Source: Candidatus Pacearchaeota archaeon (GTDB lineage: Archaea > Nanobdellota > Nanobdellia > Pacearchaeales > GW2011-AR1). Taken from it: a stretch of 64,000 bases of DNA. Below the pieces are notes generated by a model. It had not been told where the DNA came from and did not search any database. It saw only the letters and a program-made list of their open reading frames with translations. Shown here in pieces: positions 46,417 through 55,283 of the stretch (the stretch's first letter is position 1; every line of letters begins with the position of its first letter). The position numbers and the translations under genes are program-made. The stretch covers positions 12,049 through 76,048 of the forward strand of contig JACPLT010000006.1 in assembly GCA_016186365.1 (NCBI GenBank), given 5' to 3'.

Positions 46417-47664
46417 ATGCCGGGGAATTTATGCGTTAAATGCAAGGGGAGAAGATATTGCGGGAAAGAAGTTTGTTCAATTCTTTCTAAATTTAGAATG
46501 AATGTAAGAGAGTTAAATCAAAACTTAAAGCAAGAATTTGATGGAAGCTCTCCTCCAAGCGTGTTTATAGGGAGCAAATTGGACTATCCTAATGTGAATG
46601 TTGGAGTAATGAGTCTGCCTAGCATAAAACAGAATGCCTGGATTTATGATTCTCCTAACTTTTGGAGCAAGGAAAATTTGTTAGCTGAAAGAATAACTGA
46701 TTTTAGAAAGAGCATGATAAATTCGAGATTTAGAAGCAAGGTGTTTGATATACAAAAGAATAGCTCTCTTCTTTCTCTTATTCAAGAGATAGGGATGACA
46801 AATATGCAGGCAGATGTGGAAGTCAGCCTAAAGAAAAAACCTATTCCGAGAATGGAGTTTGATGAGCATGTTCTTCCTATGGGAAGTTCTGGACAGCTGA
46901 AAAACTTAAAAGTTATTTCTAATCCCAAAATTCCGCAACATGTTGAGAAGGTTTATTATGATACAGACTTAAAGTCAAGAGAGGCGCTGAATTATCTGTA
47001 TAAAAAGGGGTTGGAGGAACACTATCTTTCTAAGATTTTGTCTGTGGGAGTGACTGGATTGAAAAAAAATAGAAAGCTGGTTTCTACTAGGAATTCAATT
47101 AGTGCTGTTGATGATAATATCGGGAGGTTTTTATTAGAGAAGATAAGAGATTATAGAATTATAGACTGCTGTTTTTTGCATTTTGGGGGGCATTTGGGAA
47201 ATTATTATATGCTGTTATTTTTTCCTGAAATTTTTAGTTACGAGTTATTTGAGAGTGTTTTTCCTAGAACAACCTGGAATTTATCCTCTTCAGTCGAGAT
47301 TATGACTGATTATGAATCTTATTCTGGAAGAAAAAATTATGCAGAAGAGACAGCGGGGGGATATTATGCTGCGAGGCTTCCTATTTTACAATATCTAGAG
47401 AGTGAAAAAAGGCAGGCATCTGTGCTGGTATTAAGATTTGTTCTGCCTGATTATGACACTCCCTTAGGAGTGTGGGTTTGCAGGAATAGTGTTAGAAAAT
47501 CTTTAGAAAGCGAAAGCATAAAATTTGAATCTAGGGAAAATATGATTGATTATGCCTGCAATTTTATAAAAGATAAGATGAAATTTGATATAAACTTTAT
47601 TTTGGAGAGAAGCAGAATTTTAAATGAGATAAAGAAGCAGCGAAAACTGAATAATTATTTTTGA
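46417..47664 (+). CDS. Nre-family (DUF650/DUF651) putative DNA-repair protein
   Basis: N-terminal Cys motif MPGNLCVKCKGRRYCGKEVCSIL. Length and architecture fit archaeal NreA/B as I recall them. Confidence 0.6.
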   Translation: MPGNLCVKCKGRRYCGKEVCSILSKFRMNVRELNQNLKQEFDGSSPPSVFIGSKLDYPNVNVGVMSLPSIKQNAWIYDSPNFWSKENLLAERITDFRKSMINSRFRSKVFDIQKNSSLLSLIQEIGMTNMQADVEVSLKKKPIPRMEFDEHVLPMGSSGQLKNLKVISNPKIPQHVEKVYYDTDLKSREALNYLYKKGLEEHYLSKILSVGVTGLKKNRKLVSTRNSISAVDDNIGRFLLEKIRDYRIIDCCFLHFGGHLGNYYMLLFFPEIFSYELFESVFPRTTWNLSSSVEIMTDYESYSGRKNYAEETAGGYYAARLPILQYLESEKRQASVLVLRFVLPDYDTPLGVWVCRNSVRKSLESESIKFESRENMIDYACNFIKDKMKFDINFILERSRILNEIKKQRKLNNYF

Positions 47665-47670
47665 TTATTT

Positions 47671-47798
47671 CTAAATCTGGGTTAATACCCCACAGCTTGC
47701 TGTGTCAAGAACTTTGCTAAAGCTCAAAACGTTCTTGGGTTCTTGAGCATGCTCAGAAATGCATGAGATACAAAGCATTTCTGACATGGCAGATTTAG
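47671..47798. repeat. structured repeat copy E (outer stem enclosing two hairpins)
   Basis: CTAAATCTG (47671-79) pairs with CAGATTTAG (47790-98). Inside are TCAAGAAC..GTTCTTG and GCTCAGAAATGC-n12-GCATTTCTGAC. Confidence 0.6.
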
Positions 47799-47802
47799 AA
47801 CC

Positions 47803-47881
47803 TTCAAAATCATGGATTTTGAATGGCCCTGGAAAAACCTGCGTTTTTCCTTGGAGAAAGAAATTGCTAGGCAATTTCTTT
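47803..47881. terminator. three consecutive perfect short hairpins at a convergent gene junction
   Basis: TTCAAAATC-ATG-GATTTTGAA; GGAAAAAC-CTGC-GTTTTTCC; AAAGAAATTGC-TAG-GCAATTTCTTT. The last overlaps the stop of the minus-strand gene. Confidence 0.45.
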
Positions 47882-48488
47882 ATTTTATTAAGAAAATAAG
47901 AAGGGTTTCTATTATCCCTGCTATGAAAAGAAGAGGAAGTATTATCAAAATAAAAACTCTTAGAGAATTTTCTAAATTGTATTTTAAGCTTTTTGATTTT
48001 TCTTTTGCAAAAATAAACATTCCAAGCCTTAATCCCAGTGATAGAGAGATAATGAGTGCAGGAATTTCAAATATTCCGTGAGGAAGAAGAGCAAAAATAA
48101 ATTTTGCTCCTATGGAATCTGCGGTTTTAGAAGATACAAAACCTAGAACATAACCATTTATTATTGTTATTATCACTGGAAAAATTCCTAAAAATAACCC
48201 AATAATCATTCCAGAGAAGGCAGTTGTCAAGTTATTCTTAAAAATAAATATAAACATCTGCATAAAATTCATATCCTGTGTTTTTTCTGCCAGCTCTTTC
48301 AATAAACTTTTTATTGCCTCTATGAAAAAAACAGGGAAAATAAATCCTATTAATATAGATAATGCAAACAGAGAGATAATTATGTAAATATAAAATTTTG
48401 ACTCTTTTAGATAATTCCAGCATTGCATGTAACTGGAGGAATCTTCCTTTTCTTTCATTTTCATCAGCTTTTTTTGTTTTTTTGCCAT
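47880..48488 (-). CDS. SpoIIM-like (DUF95) membrane protein
   Basis: LLPHGIFEIPALIISLSLGLRLG is typical of the family. Confidence 0.7.
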   Translation of the reverse strand: MAKKQKKLMKMKEKEDSSSYMQCWNYLKESKFYIYIIISLFALSILIGFIFPVFFIEAIKSLLKELAEKTQDMNFMQMFIFIFKNNLTTAFSGMIIGLFLGIFPVIITIINGYVLGFVSSKTADSIGAKFIFALLPHGIFEIPALIISLSLGLRLGMFIFAKEKSKSLKYNLENSLRVFILIILPLLFIAGIIETLLIFLIK

Positions 48489-49342
48489 TATCTGAATATC
48501 CTATTTAATACTGAAAGTTTTTTCTTGTATTTTCTTTTTAAATAGAATGCATAAATTATTCCAGCTATCAGTCCACCGAGATGTGCCATGTTGCCTATTG
48601 GAAGAGGAACAAACAACCCAATAATAACCAGAGGAACAATTGCGATTATAGGAAGAAGCCAGAATGGCATTTCAAGAGGGAGAGCGAGTTTTCTAAGTCT
48701 TGGATTAAATGAAACTATCGCAAGGATAGAAATAAAAAAGTAAATATTAACTATCATTCCTATGATGCTGTTGATTGGAGAGGAGGCGATTATTTTACTC
48801 AATAAGGATTGAGCGATTATCGCTATTAGCGGACCGAGTATGAGATAGACTCTTAAAAGAGGAGTTAGAACTGCGATTAATCCTATTAATCCGAATATTG
48901 CTCCTGATGCTCCTACTCCGGGTATATCGGGAGAGTTGAATATTTTTTCTCCTATTGCAGAACTTCCAAAAAATCCAGATAATAAAGTTAGAAATATTCC
49001 TGCAAATATTCCTGAAAGGATATAAAACCACAAAAGTCTTTTTTTGCCTGCAATTTTTTCTATAAAGTTTCCTATAAAATATAAAGAGAACATATTAAAG
49101 AAGAGATGGGCAAATCCGGAGTGAGCAAACATATGAGTAAGCAAGGTCCAGAGATTTTTTCCCTGAAATATTGATGAGGGTTTTAGAGCGATATAATTAA
49201 TAAAATTTGGATTTGCTAGGATAAGTATGTAAAAAATTATGAACAACACAACATTCGCTACGATAATCCAGTTTGTAGTGCTCATGCTTCCCAGGAATAG
49301 GGAGAATAATGAGCGATATATTCCTCTTTTTCTGTAGCTCAT
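48488..49342 (-). CDS. rhomboid-family intramembrane serine protease
   Basis: HSGFAHLFFNM and the catalytic GASGAIFGLIG; a downstream AHLGG. Confidence 0.85.
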   Translation of the reverse strand: MSYRKRGIYRSLFSLFLGSMSTTNWIIVANVVLFIIFYILILANPNFINYIALKPSSIFQGKNLWTLLTHMFAHSGFAHLFFNMFSLYFIGNFIEKIAGKKRLLWFYILSGIFAGIFLTLLSGFFGSSAIGEKIFNSPDIPGVGASGAIFGLIGLIAVLTPLLRVYLILGPLIAIIAQSLLSKIIASSPINSIIGMIVNIYFFISILAIVSFNPRLRKLALPLEMPFWLLPIIAIVPLVIIGLFVPLPIGNMAHLGGLIAGIIYAFYLKRKYKKKLSVLNRIFR

Positions 49343-49383
49343 TTTTATACTAACTTCTTTATGTATTTAAGCTTTCCCTAGAA

Positions 49384-50034
49384 TTATTTTTTCTTCTTTT
49401 TCTTAACTTTTGATTTTAGTTTAGTTTTGCTAATTTTGCCTTTCTTCTTCGCAGTTTTAGTTTTGCCTTTCTTTTTCTTAACTTCTTTTTCTGCTTTTTT
49501 TAATTCTAGCTCTTTGCAAAGAACCATCTCCTGCAAAATTTCTTCTCTTTGTTTTTGCAGCCTGGCAATCCTGCTTTTTAAAAGTTCAAGTATTTTTTTG
49601 TCCTCGTTTAGTTCATAAACTTCTCCGCATTCTCCGCAGACAAAATTATGAAGAAGAGCATTTTCTTCACCCACTTCTGTCTTGCAGGTTTTACAAAGAT
49701 AAAACCTCCTTGTCTCTCTGCTCTTTAGCTGCTGTTTTAGAGATTCTATCTCTTTTTCCAGCCTCTTTTCAAGCAAGTCCAGAACTTTTAGTATGTTTAG
49801 CGTCCAAAAATAAGTGTACCAGCCCTTTTTCTTTTCTTTTTTTCTTATAAAACTGACCAGCCCAAAATTAGCGAGTTTGTAGAATATGTTTCTTACCTGA
49901 TTTATAGTGAGTTTTAGCTTTTTTGCGATTAAAAATTCATTTACATCTCTTTTATTTTCCAATAGCTCCAGTATGCCTTTAGACTGCTCCCCTGCTATTT
50001 CGGTTATAATCTCCCCAAGAAGTTTGTTTTGCAT
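49384..50034 (-). CDS. tfe: transcription factor E alpha (TFIIE-alpha homologue) with polybasic C-terminal tail
   Basis: wH FLIAKKLKLTINQVRNIFYKLANFGLVSF...GWYTYFW. Zn ribbon CKTCKT...CGECG. Tail KKKGKTKTAKKKGKISKTKLKSKVKKKKKK. ATG 50034 is preferred. Confidence 0.8.
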   Translation of the reverse strand: MQNKLLGEIITEIAGEQSKGILELLENKRDVNEFLIAKKLKLTINQVRNIFYKLANFGLVSFIRKKEKKKGWYTYFWTLNILKVLDLLEKRLEKEIESLKQQLKSRETRRFYLCKTCKTEVGEENALLHNFVCGECGEVYELNEDKKILELLKSRIARLQKQREEILQEMVLCKELELKKAEKEVKKKKGKTKTAKKKGKISKTKLKSKVKKKKKK

Positions 50035-50120
50035 TTCATTTTTAAAAATGAACAGAATAAATAGTTTTCGGTTTTGGTTTTTACTACTATATAATTTATG
50101 CAAAGCTATTTATATTAATT

Positions 50121-50762
50121 TTGTCATTTTTTAATATGTCGTGGTTATTTGGTGGAAATAAAAAACAAGAGGCGAAAAGGGCAGAGGGTTCTAGACTGCC
50201 TGAACTGCCAGAGCTGCCTCCACTAGAAGACTCTTTTTCTGATAAACAGGTGAAATATTCTGGAAGAAGCAGTCTTCCGAGTTATCCTTCATTTAATCCA
50301 ATTAAGGAGAAAACAAGCAATGAAGAGATTAAACAGGCGATTGTTGAGCCTCCGAGTTTTCAGGATGAGAATTCTGAAGTTCAACTGCCTAAGAAACCCA
50401 TGACTAAAGAGATTGGAGAGGAGATACAAATCCCTTCTATTATGGATAGAGAGCCGATTAGCAGGGAGAGTCTAAAAATTCCAAAAACTCCCAGAATGCA
50501 GACTCAAGAAAGAAATATTCCTCAAAGACAAATTTTAAGAAATGAACCCCTTTTTATTAGAATCGATAAATATCAGGATTCAATCTCTGATTTGGAAGAG
50601 GTAAAAAGAAGAATATTGGAGATTGAAGATGTTCTTAAAAATATACGAGATGTGAGAGCAAAAGAAGAAGTCGAATTGCAGCAGTGGGAAGCTGAAATAC
50701 ACGAAGCTAAGATGAATCTGGATAAAATAGACAGAACAATATTCCAAAAGCTGGGGGAATGA
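50121..50762 (+). CDS. hypothetical protein, disordered N-half and C-terminal coiled coil
   Basis: 213-aa ORF with C-terminal LFIRIDKYQDSISDLEEVKRRILEIEDVLKNIRDVRAKEE... No family recognised. Confidence 0.5.
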   Translation: MSFFNMSWLFGGNKKQEAKRAEGSRLPELPELPPLEDSFSDKQVKYSGRSSLPSYPSFNPIKEKTSNEEIKQAIVEPPSFQDENSEVQLPKKPMTKEIGEEIQIPSIMDREPISRESLKIPKTPRMQTQERNIPQRQILRNEPLFIRIDKYQDSISDLEEVKRRILEIEDVLKNIRDVRAKEEVELQQWEAEIHEAKMNLDKIDRTIFQKLGE

Positions 50763-51097
50763 GAATGGAGCCTATCCATATTAAGATTGATTTTTCTGAT
50801 GCTAAAAATTCTAGGAAAGACTTATTATTATGTGAAATGAATTTTCTTAAGATGGTTGAGAAGCTTAAAAATTACAGAGAGCTAAGGCAAAAAGAGTTTA
50901 GCGAGAAAAACAAGCTCAAAAATAAGGTTAAGGAGATTAATTTAGGAGTCAGGAGATTTAAGAATAAGATTCCTAAAATTAAATCTGCTGGGAGAGAGAA
51001 AGAGGAAATAAAAGAGAGCATTCATGATATAGAGAAGAAAAGTTCTATTGAGCTGGAATTGAAGGAAATAAAAGAAAAACTTGACAGATTGGGATAA
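50759..51097 (+). CDS. coiled-coil protein
   Basis: ATGA-coupled to the upstream ORF. K/E-rich heptad-like sequence. Confidence 0.45.
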   Translation: MRMEPIHIKIDFSDAKNSRKDLLLCEMNFLKMVEKLKNYRELRQKEFSEKNKLKNKVKEINLGVRRFKNKIPKIKSAGREKEEIKESIHDIEKKSSIELELKEIKEKLDRLG

Positions 51098-51156
51098 TTT
51101 TAACAGATATTTTGGAGAATAATAATACTTATATACTATTTTCTGAATAATTTAAT

Positions 51157-51444
51157 ATGGATCAAGGAAGAAAAGTTTTGGCATATGATATGACTAATGG
51201 GGTTACTTATATAGGTGAAGAAGTTAGAGAGGGAATATTAGAAAGATGGATTAAAGAAAAAACAGGAGAAACCACTTCTCCTTTTTCATTAGCAGTATTA
51301 TATGTTGCAGCCCTAAGTAATAAAAGAGACAGCCCTGGGCAAATAGAGTTAAATATTGTTCAATTTACTGCTAAATATAACTTAACTCCTTTTGTAGAAG
51401 AGAAGAGGCATAAAATAGAACAGAAACAAAGAAGTGTTGATTAA
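51157..51444 (+). CDS. hypothetical protein
   Basis: 95-aa ORF. No motif recognised. Confidence 0.4.
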   Translation: MDQGRKVLAYDMTNGVTYIGEEVREGILERWIKEKTGETTSPFSLAVLYVAALSNKRDSPGQIELNIVQFTAKYNLTPFVEEKRHKIEQKQRSVD

Positions 51445-51478
51445 CAAGATTTTTAAATTCTAAATATTAGCTATATTA

Positions 51479-53254
51479 ATGAAAAAAATAGAAACAAGAG
51501 AAGAGCTAATTAAGAGTTATATTGATTTTTTTAAATCAAAAGCTCATAAAGAAATTATTAACTCGCCACTTATACCTGAAAACGACCCCACTGTCTTATT
51601 TACCACAGCAGGCATGCATCCTCTTGTTCCATTTTTGCTTGGGCAGGAGCATCATCTTGGAAAAAGATTAGTTAATGTTCAAAAGTGCATCAGAACAGGA
51701 GATATTGATAGTGTAGGAGATGCTTCTCATCTCACTTTCTTTGAAATGCTCGGAAACTGGAGTATAGGAGATTATTTTAAAAAAGAGGCAATCGAATATA
51801 GTTTTGAGTTTTTAACTAAAATTCTTGATATTCCTTTTGAAATGCTTTCTGTTTCTGTATTTGAAGGAGATAAAGTTGTCAAGAAAGATGAAGAAGCAGC
51901 TAAAATCTGGAAATCTCTAGGAATAAAAGACGAAAGAATAGCATTTCTTCCAAAAGAAAATAACTGGTGGGGACCTGCAGGAAAAACAGGGCCTTGCGGA
52001 CCTGATACAGAAATGTTCTTTTACCTAGGAAAAAAACCAAAAGGAAATCCAAAAACCAATGAAAAAGAATGGAGAGAAATCTGGAATGATGTATTTATGC
52101 AGTATAATAAAAATGAAGCAGGAAACTATTTAGAATTAAAGCAGAAAAACGTAGACACAGGAATGGGAGTAGAAAGAGTTCTTGCTGTATTAAATAACAA
52201 AAAATCTGTTTATGAAACTTCTTGTTTCTTGCCTATAATAAAAAAAATAGAAGAGATTTCAGGAAAAGAATATGGAAAAGATGAAGAAAAAACAAGAGCA
52301 ATGAGAATAATCGCAGACCATATTAAAGCTTCTGTTTTTATTCTTGCTGAAAAAGTTGCTCCGAGCAATGTTGAAAGAGGTTATGTATTAAGAAGATTAA
52401 TCAGAAGAGCCATCAGATATGGAAAGTTGTTAGGAATTGAAGAAAATTTTACAAAAGAAATCGCACAAGAAGTTATGAAACTCTACAAGGATTATTCTCA
52501 TATTGAAAAAAATAAAGAATTTATATTCCAAGAGCTGGAATTAGAAGAGGCAACTTTTGAAAAAACATTAAAAGAAGGAATAAAATATTTTGAAAAGCTG
52601 AAAAAAGAGGCAAAAAAAGTAATAGACGGGAAAACTGCTTTCTTGCTATATCAAAGTTATGGTTTTCCTCTTGAAATGACTCAGGAGTTAGCAAAAGAAA
52701 ATAATCTTGAAGTGGATATTAGTGAATTTGAACAGGAGCAAGCCAAACATCAGGAATTATCTAGAACCGCATCAGCAGGAGTTTTCAAAGCAGGTTTGGC
52801 AGATAATTCAGAGCAGACAACAAAACTGCATACTGCAACTCATTTATTATTATCTGCATTAAAACAAGTTCTTAAAAAAAATATAGAGCAGAGAGGAAGC
52901 AATATCACAGCAGAAAGATTGAGATTTGATTTTTCGTTTGACAGAAAATTAGAAGAGATAGAACTAAAAGAAATAGAAGAGATAGTTAATAAGAATATAA
53001 AACAGAATTTAGAAGTAAAAAGAGAGGAAATGAGTGTGAAAGAAGCAAAGAGTTCAGGAGCCACTGGAATTTTTGAGCATAAATATGGAGATAAGGTTTC
53101 TGTTTATACTATCTGCAATCCTAAAGATGTCATCAGCAGAGAGATTTGCTGCGGCCCGCATGTTACAAATACAAAAGAGCTGGGAAAATTCAAAATTCTA
53201 AAAGAAGAAGCTTCAAGCAAGGGTGTGAGAAGAATAAAAGCGAGTCTGGAATAG
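51479..53254 (+). CDS. alaS: alanyl-tRNA synthetase, short bacterial-type form (no C-Ala domain)
   Basis: DPTVLFTTAGMHPLVPFLLG, FFEMLGNWSIGDYFK, GPCGPDTEMF. Editing-domain HxxxH (TATHLL) and CCGPHV. Only 591 aa. Confidence 0.9.
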   Translation: MKKIETREELIKSYIDFFKSKAHKEIINSPLIPENDPTVLFTTAGMHPLVPFLLGQEHHLGKRLVNVQKCIRTGDIDSVGDASHLTFFEMLGNWSIGDYFKKEAIEYSFEFLTKILDIPFEMLSVSVFEGDKVVKKDEEAAKIWKSLGIKDERIAFLPKENNWWGPAGKTGPCGPDTEMFFYLGKKPKGNPKTNEKEWREIWNDVFMQYNKNEAGNYLELKQKNVDTGMGVERVLAVLNNKKSVYETSCFLPIIKKIEEISGKEYGKDEEKTRAMRIIADHIKASVFILAEKVAPSNVERGYVLRRLIRRAIRYGKLLGIEENFTKEIAQEVMKLYKDYSHIEKNKEFIFQELELEEATFEKTLKEGIKYFEKLKKEAKKVIDGKTAFLLYQSYGFPLEMTQELAKENNLEVDISEFEQEQAKHQELSRTASAGVFKAGLADNSEQTTKLHTATHLLLSALKQVLKKNIEQRGSNITAERLRFDFSFDRKLEEIELKEIEEIVNKNIKQNLEVKREEMSVKEAKSSGATGIFEHKYGDKVSVYTICNPKDVISREICCGPHVTNTKELGKFKILKEEASSKGVRRIKASLE

Positions 53255-53255
53255 A

Positions 53256-53265
53256 TTTATAAATA
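53256..53265 (+). promoter_or_regulatory. putative TATA box
   Basis: TTTATAAATA is centred about 25 nt upstream of ATG 53285. Confidence 0.4.
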
Positions 53266-53284
53266 ATCCCCTGCATAATAAAAT

Positions 53285-53527
53285 ATGGCAGGAGAGCTGA
53301 CTATTTTAGCAATACTTGGAATTATACTTATAGTTTTGGCTCTGTTTGCCCTTGTCATATTTCTCCTGGTATTCTGGATATTGATGATAGTTGACTGCGC
53401 AAAAAGAAAGTTCAAGACAGACGGAGAAAGAATTGCATGGATATTGATTCTTATTTTTATAGGGATTATCGGGGCGATAATCTATTATTTTGTTGTTAAG
53501 AGAGGCAAGAAATCAAAAAAACAATGA
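53285..53527 (+). CDS. PLDc_N-type small membrane protein
   Basis: WILMIVDCAKRKF...ERIAWILILIFIGIIGAIIYYFV. Confidence 0.7.
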   Translation: MAGELTILAILGIILIVLALFALVIFLLVFWILMIVDCAKRKFKTDGERIAWILILIFIGIIGAIIYYFVVKRGKKSKKQ

Positions 53528-53528
53528 G

Positions 53529-53640
53529 GCATCCCACATTAAAAGGCAGGGTTTGTAAAACCTATTGTTTTTATGATGCTCAAGAACGCAACTTCACACT
53601 TTAGTGTGAAGTTTTCTGTCGAGTGTTCTTGACATAACCT
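53529..53640. repeat. hairpin repeat copy J
   Basis: GATGCTCAAGAAC..(AACTTCACAC-TTTA-GTGTGAAGTT)..GTTCTTGACATAAC has the same flanks as the GATGnTCAGAAA..TTTCTGACATAA units, but with a different, still complementary, stem. Confidence 0.5.
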
Positions 53641-53678
53641 TTGCAATGATTTATAAACAATTATTGTTTTATTAATAA

Positions 53679-54413
53679 ATGAACAACTTGTTTTACATTA
53701 TTCTTGCAACTCTAATTGTCAGCTTAATTTCATTTATAGGAATTTTATCTCTGGCAATAAGAGAGAGATTACTTGAAAAAATACTTCTTTCTTTAGTTGC
53801 ATTATCTGCGGGAGCATTGATTGGCGGAGCTTTTCTGCATTTAATTCCAGAAGCTGTTGAAAAGACAAAAAGCGTTTTTGTTCTTGTTTTAATAGGATTT
53901 GTCATATTTTTTTTAATTGAGAAAGTTTTGCACTGGCAGCACTGCCACGAAGGCAAGTGTGAAATACACACCTTTGCTTATATGAATTTAGTAGGAGATT
54001 TTTTCCATAATTTTTTAGATGGATTAATTATTGCAGCATCTTTTATCCTAGATTTTAAACTCGGAATAATTACTACCTTTGCAATAGCAATACACGAAAT
54101 ACCTCAGGAAATAGGAGATTTTGGTGTTCTTGTTTATGGAGGGTTTAGCAGAAAGAGAGCGGTTTTTATGAATTTTATCTCTGCACTTGCAGCTGTTCTT
54201 GGAGGAATTTTTGGATATTTTTTATCTTCTTATTCTAACATTCCAATGAGTTTTATACCTCCTATTGCTGCAGGGGGGTTTATTTACATTGCAGCTTCGG
54301 ATTTGATTCCTGAATTGAGAAAAGAGAATACCCGAATGTCTATTGTTCATTTTTTTGTATTTATTTTAGGTATCGCTATTATGTATGGACTGAAGTTTTT
54401 AGGAGTGGATTAA
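53679..54413 (+). CDS. ZIP-family divalent metal (zinc) transporter
   Basis: HEIPQEIGDFGVL and HNFLDGL motifs. 8 TM. Confidence 0.85.
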   Translation: MNNLFYIILATLIVSLISFIGILSLAIRERLLEKILLSLVALSAGALIGGAFLHLIPEAVEKTKSVFVLVLIGFVIFFLIEKVLHWQHCHEGKCEIHTFAYMNLVGDFFHNFLDGLIIAASFILDFKLGIITTFAIAIHEIPQEIGDFGVLVYGGFSRKRAVFMNFISALAAVLGGIFGYFLSSYSNIPMSFIPPIAAGGFIYIAASDLIPELRKENTRMSIVHFFVFILGIAIMYGLKFLGVD

Positions 54414-55076
54414 AAAATCAATAAAAATATTTATATTATTTTTCTTTCTTGCTTTTAATAATGCTTCATATTCTTGGGAAGTAATATTTCTTAAATATCC
54501 TCCACCATACATTTTTTCTATATTAATGAAAAAATCAGCCATTTTTACAGCTGCATTCCAGCCCTCAGTTTCAAAGCAATAGACAACGCTTTCTAAAATC
54601 TCCTGTTTTCTTAATTCTTCTGGAAGCTTTTTGACTGCGTTTTCAGCTTCTGCCTCCAGCTTAATTGAGAGTTTGTCATCTGTCATAGAAAGAAGATATT
54701 TTTTTGGGTTATTTGCCGCTTGTTTTACATGCTCTAGCTCATGAATGATAATAGGAATTAGTGCAGGCAAGGAGAGAAAACCTAATCGGGATTTATTTAT
54801 AAAAATCATAATCTCTTTTCCCTGCTTTTCACTCGCTGCGATAAGATTAGTTGAAGAAAAAGAGTCATAATCGTAGGGCATTATTTTTTCTTTTCCTATA
54901 AAATTTCCTGCAGTGAGATAAACTTTCCAGCCGTTTGGGATTTCTTTCTTAAAAGTATTTAGAATTTTATTAATGTTCTTTTCAAAGTTTTTAGTGTTTT
55001 CAGAAAAAAAGATTTTTCTTCCAGATTTTAGCATTCTTCTTGAGTTTTCTGCTTCTTTTAAAATTTTTTTAATCAT
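54399..55076 (-). CDS. putative HExxH zinc metallopeptidase-like protein
   Basis: PIIIHELEHVKQ is the only motif recognised. Confidence 0.45.
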   Translation of the reverse strand: MIKKILKEAENSRRMLKSGRKIFFSENTKNFEKNINKILNTFKKEIPNGWKVYLTAGNFIGKEKIMPYDYDSFSSTNLIAASEKQGKEIMIFINKSRLGFLSLPALIPIIIHELEHVKQAANNPKKYLLSMTDDKLSIKLEAEAENAVKKLPEELRKQEILESVVYCFETEGWNAAVKMADFFINIEKMYGGGYLRNITSQEYEALLKARKKNNINIFIDFLIHS

Positions 55077-55117
55077 ACGAAATTAATGTAATACCCCTAA
55101 TTAAATATTTCTACAAG

Positions 55118-55276
55118 GTTAAATAAACCCTCAAACTTGACATCCCACGCCGAGTATCGAGTTTGTAATATAACAGAAATTTGATTTTTCTCCCCTATTT
55201 ATTGAGGGAGAACAAATAAAATTCTCTGGGAATAATATGCCTCCTGGGGGATATTAATTTACAAAGTTTATTTAAC
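55118..55276. repeat. TIR-bounded MITE-like element, copy B
   Basis: GTTAAATAAACCCTCAAACTTGACATCC ... GGGGATATTAATTTACAAAGTTTATTTAAC, with a central imperfect palindrome GAAATTTGATTTTTCTCCCC-TATTTATT-GAGGGAGAACAAATAAAATTC. Confidence 0.65.
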
Positions 55277-55283
55277 ATACAGC

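Noticed and set aside
47671-48081. ORFs 47671..47874 (-) and 47812..48081 (+)
   Set aside because: They lie within the hairpin-repeat intergenic region or antisense to the SpoIIM-like gene. The open frames are a by-product of the palindromes.
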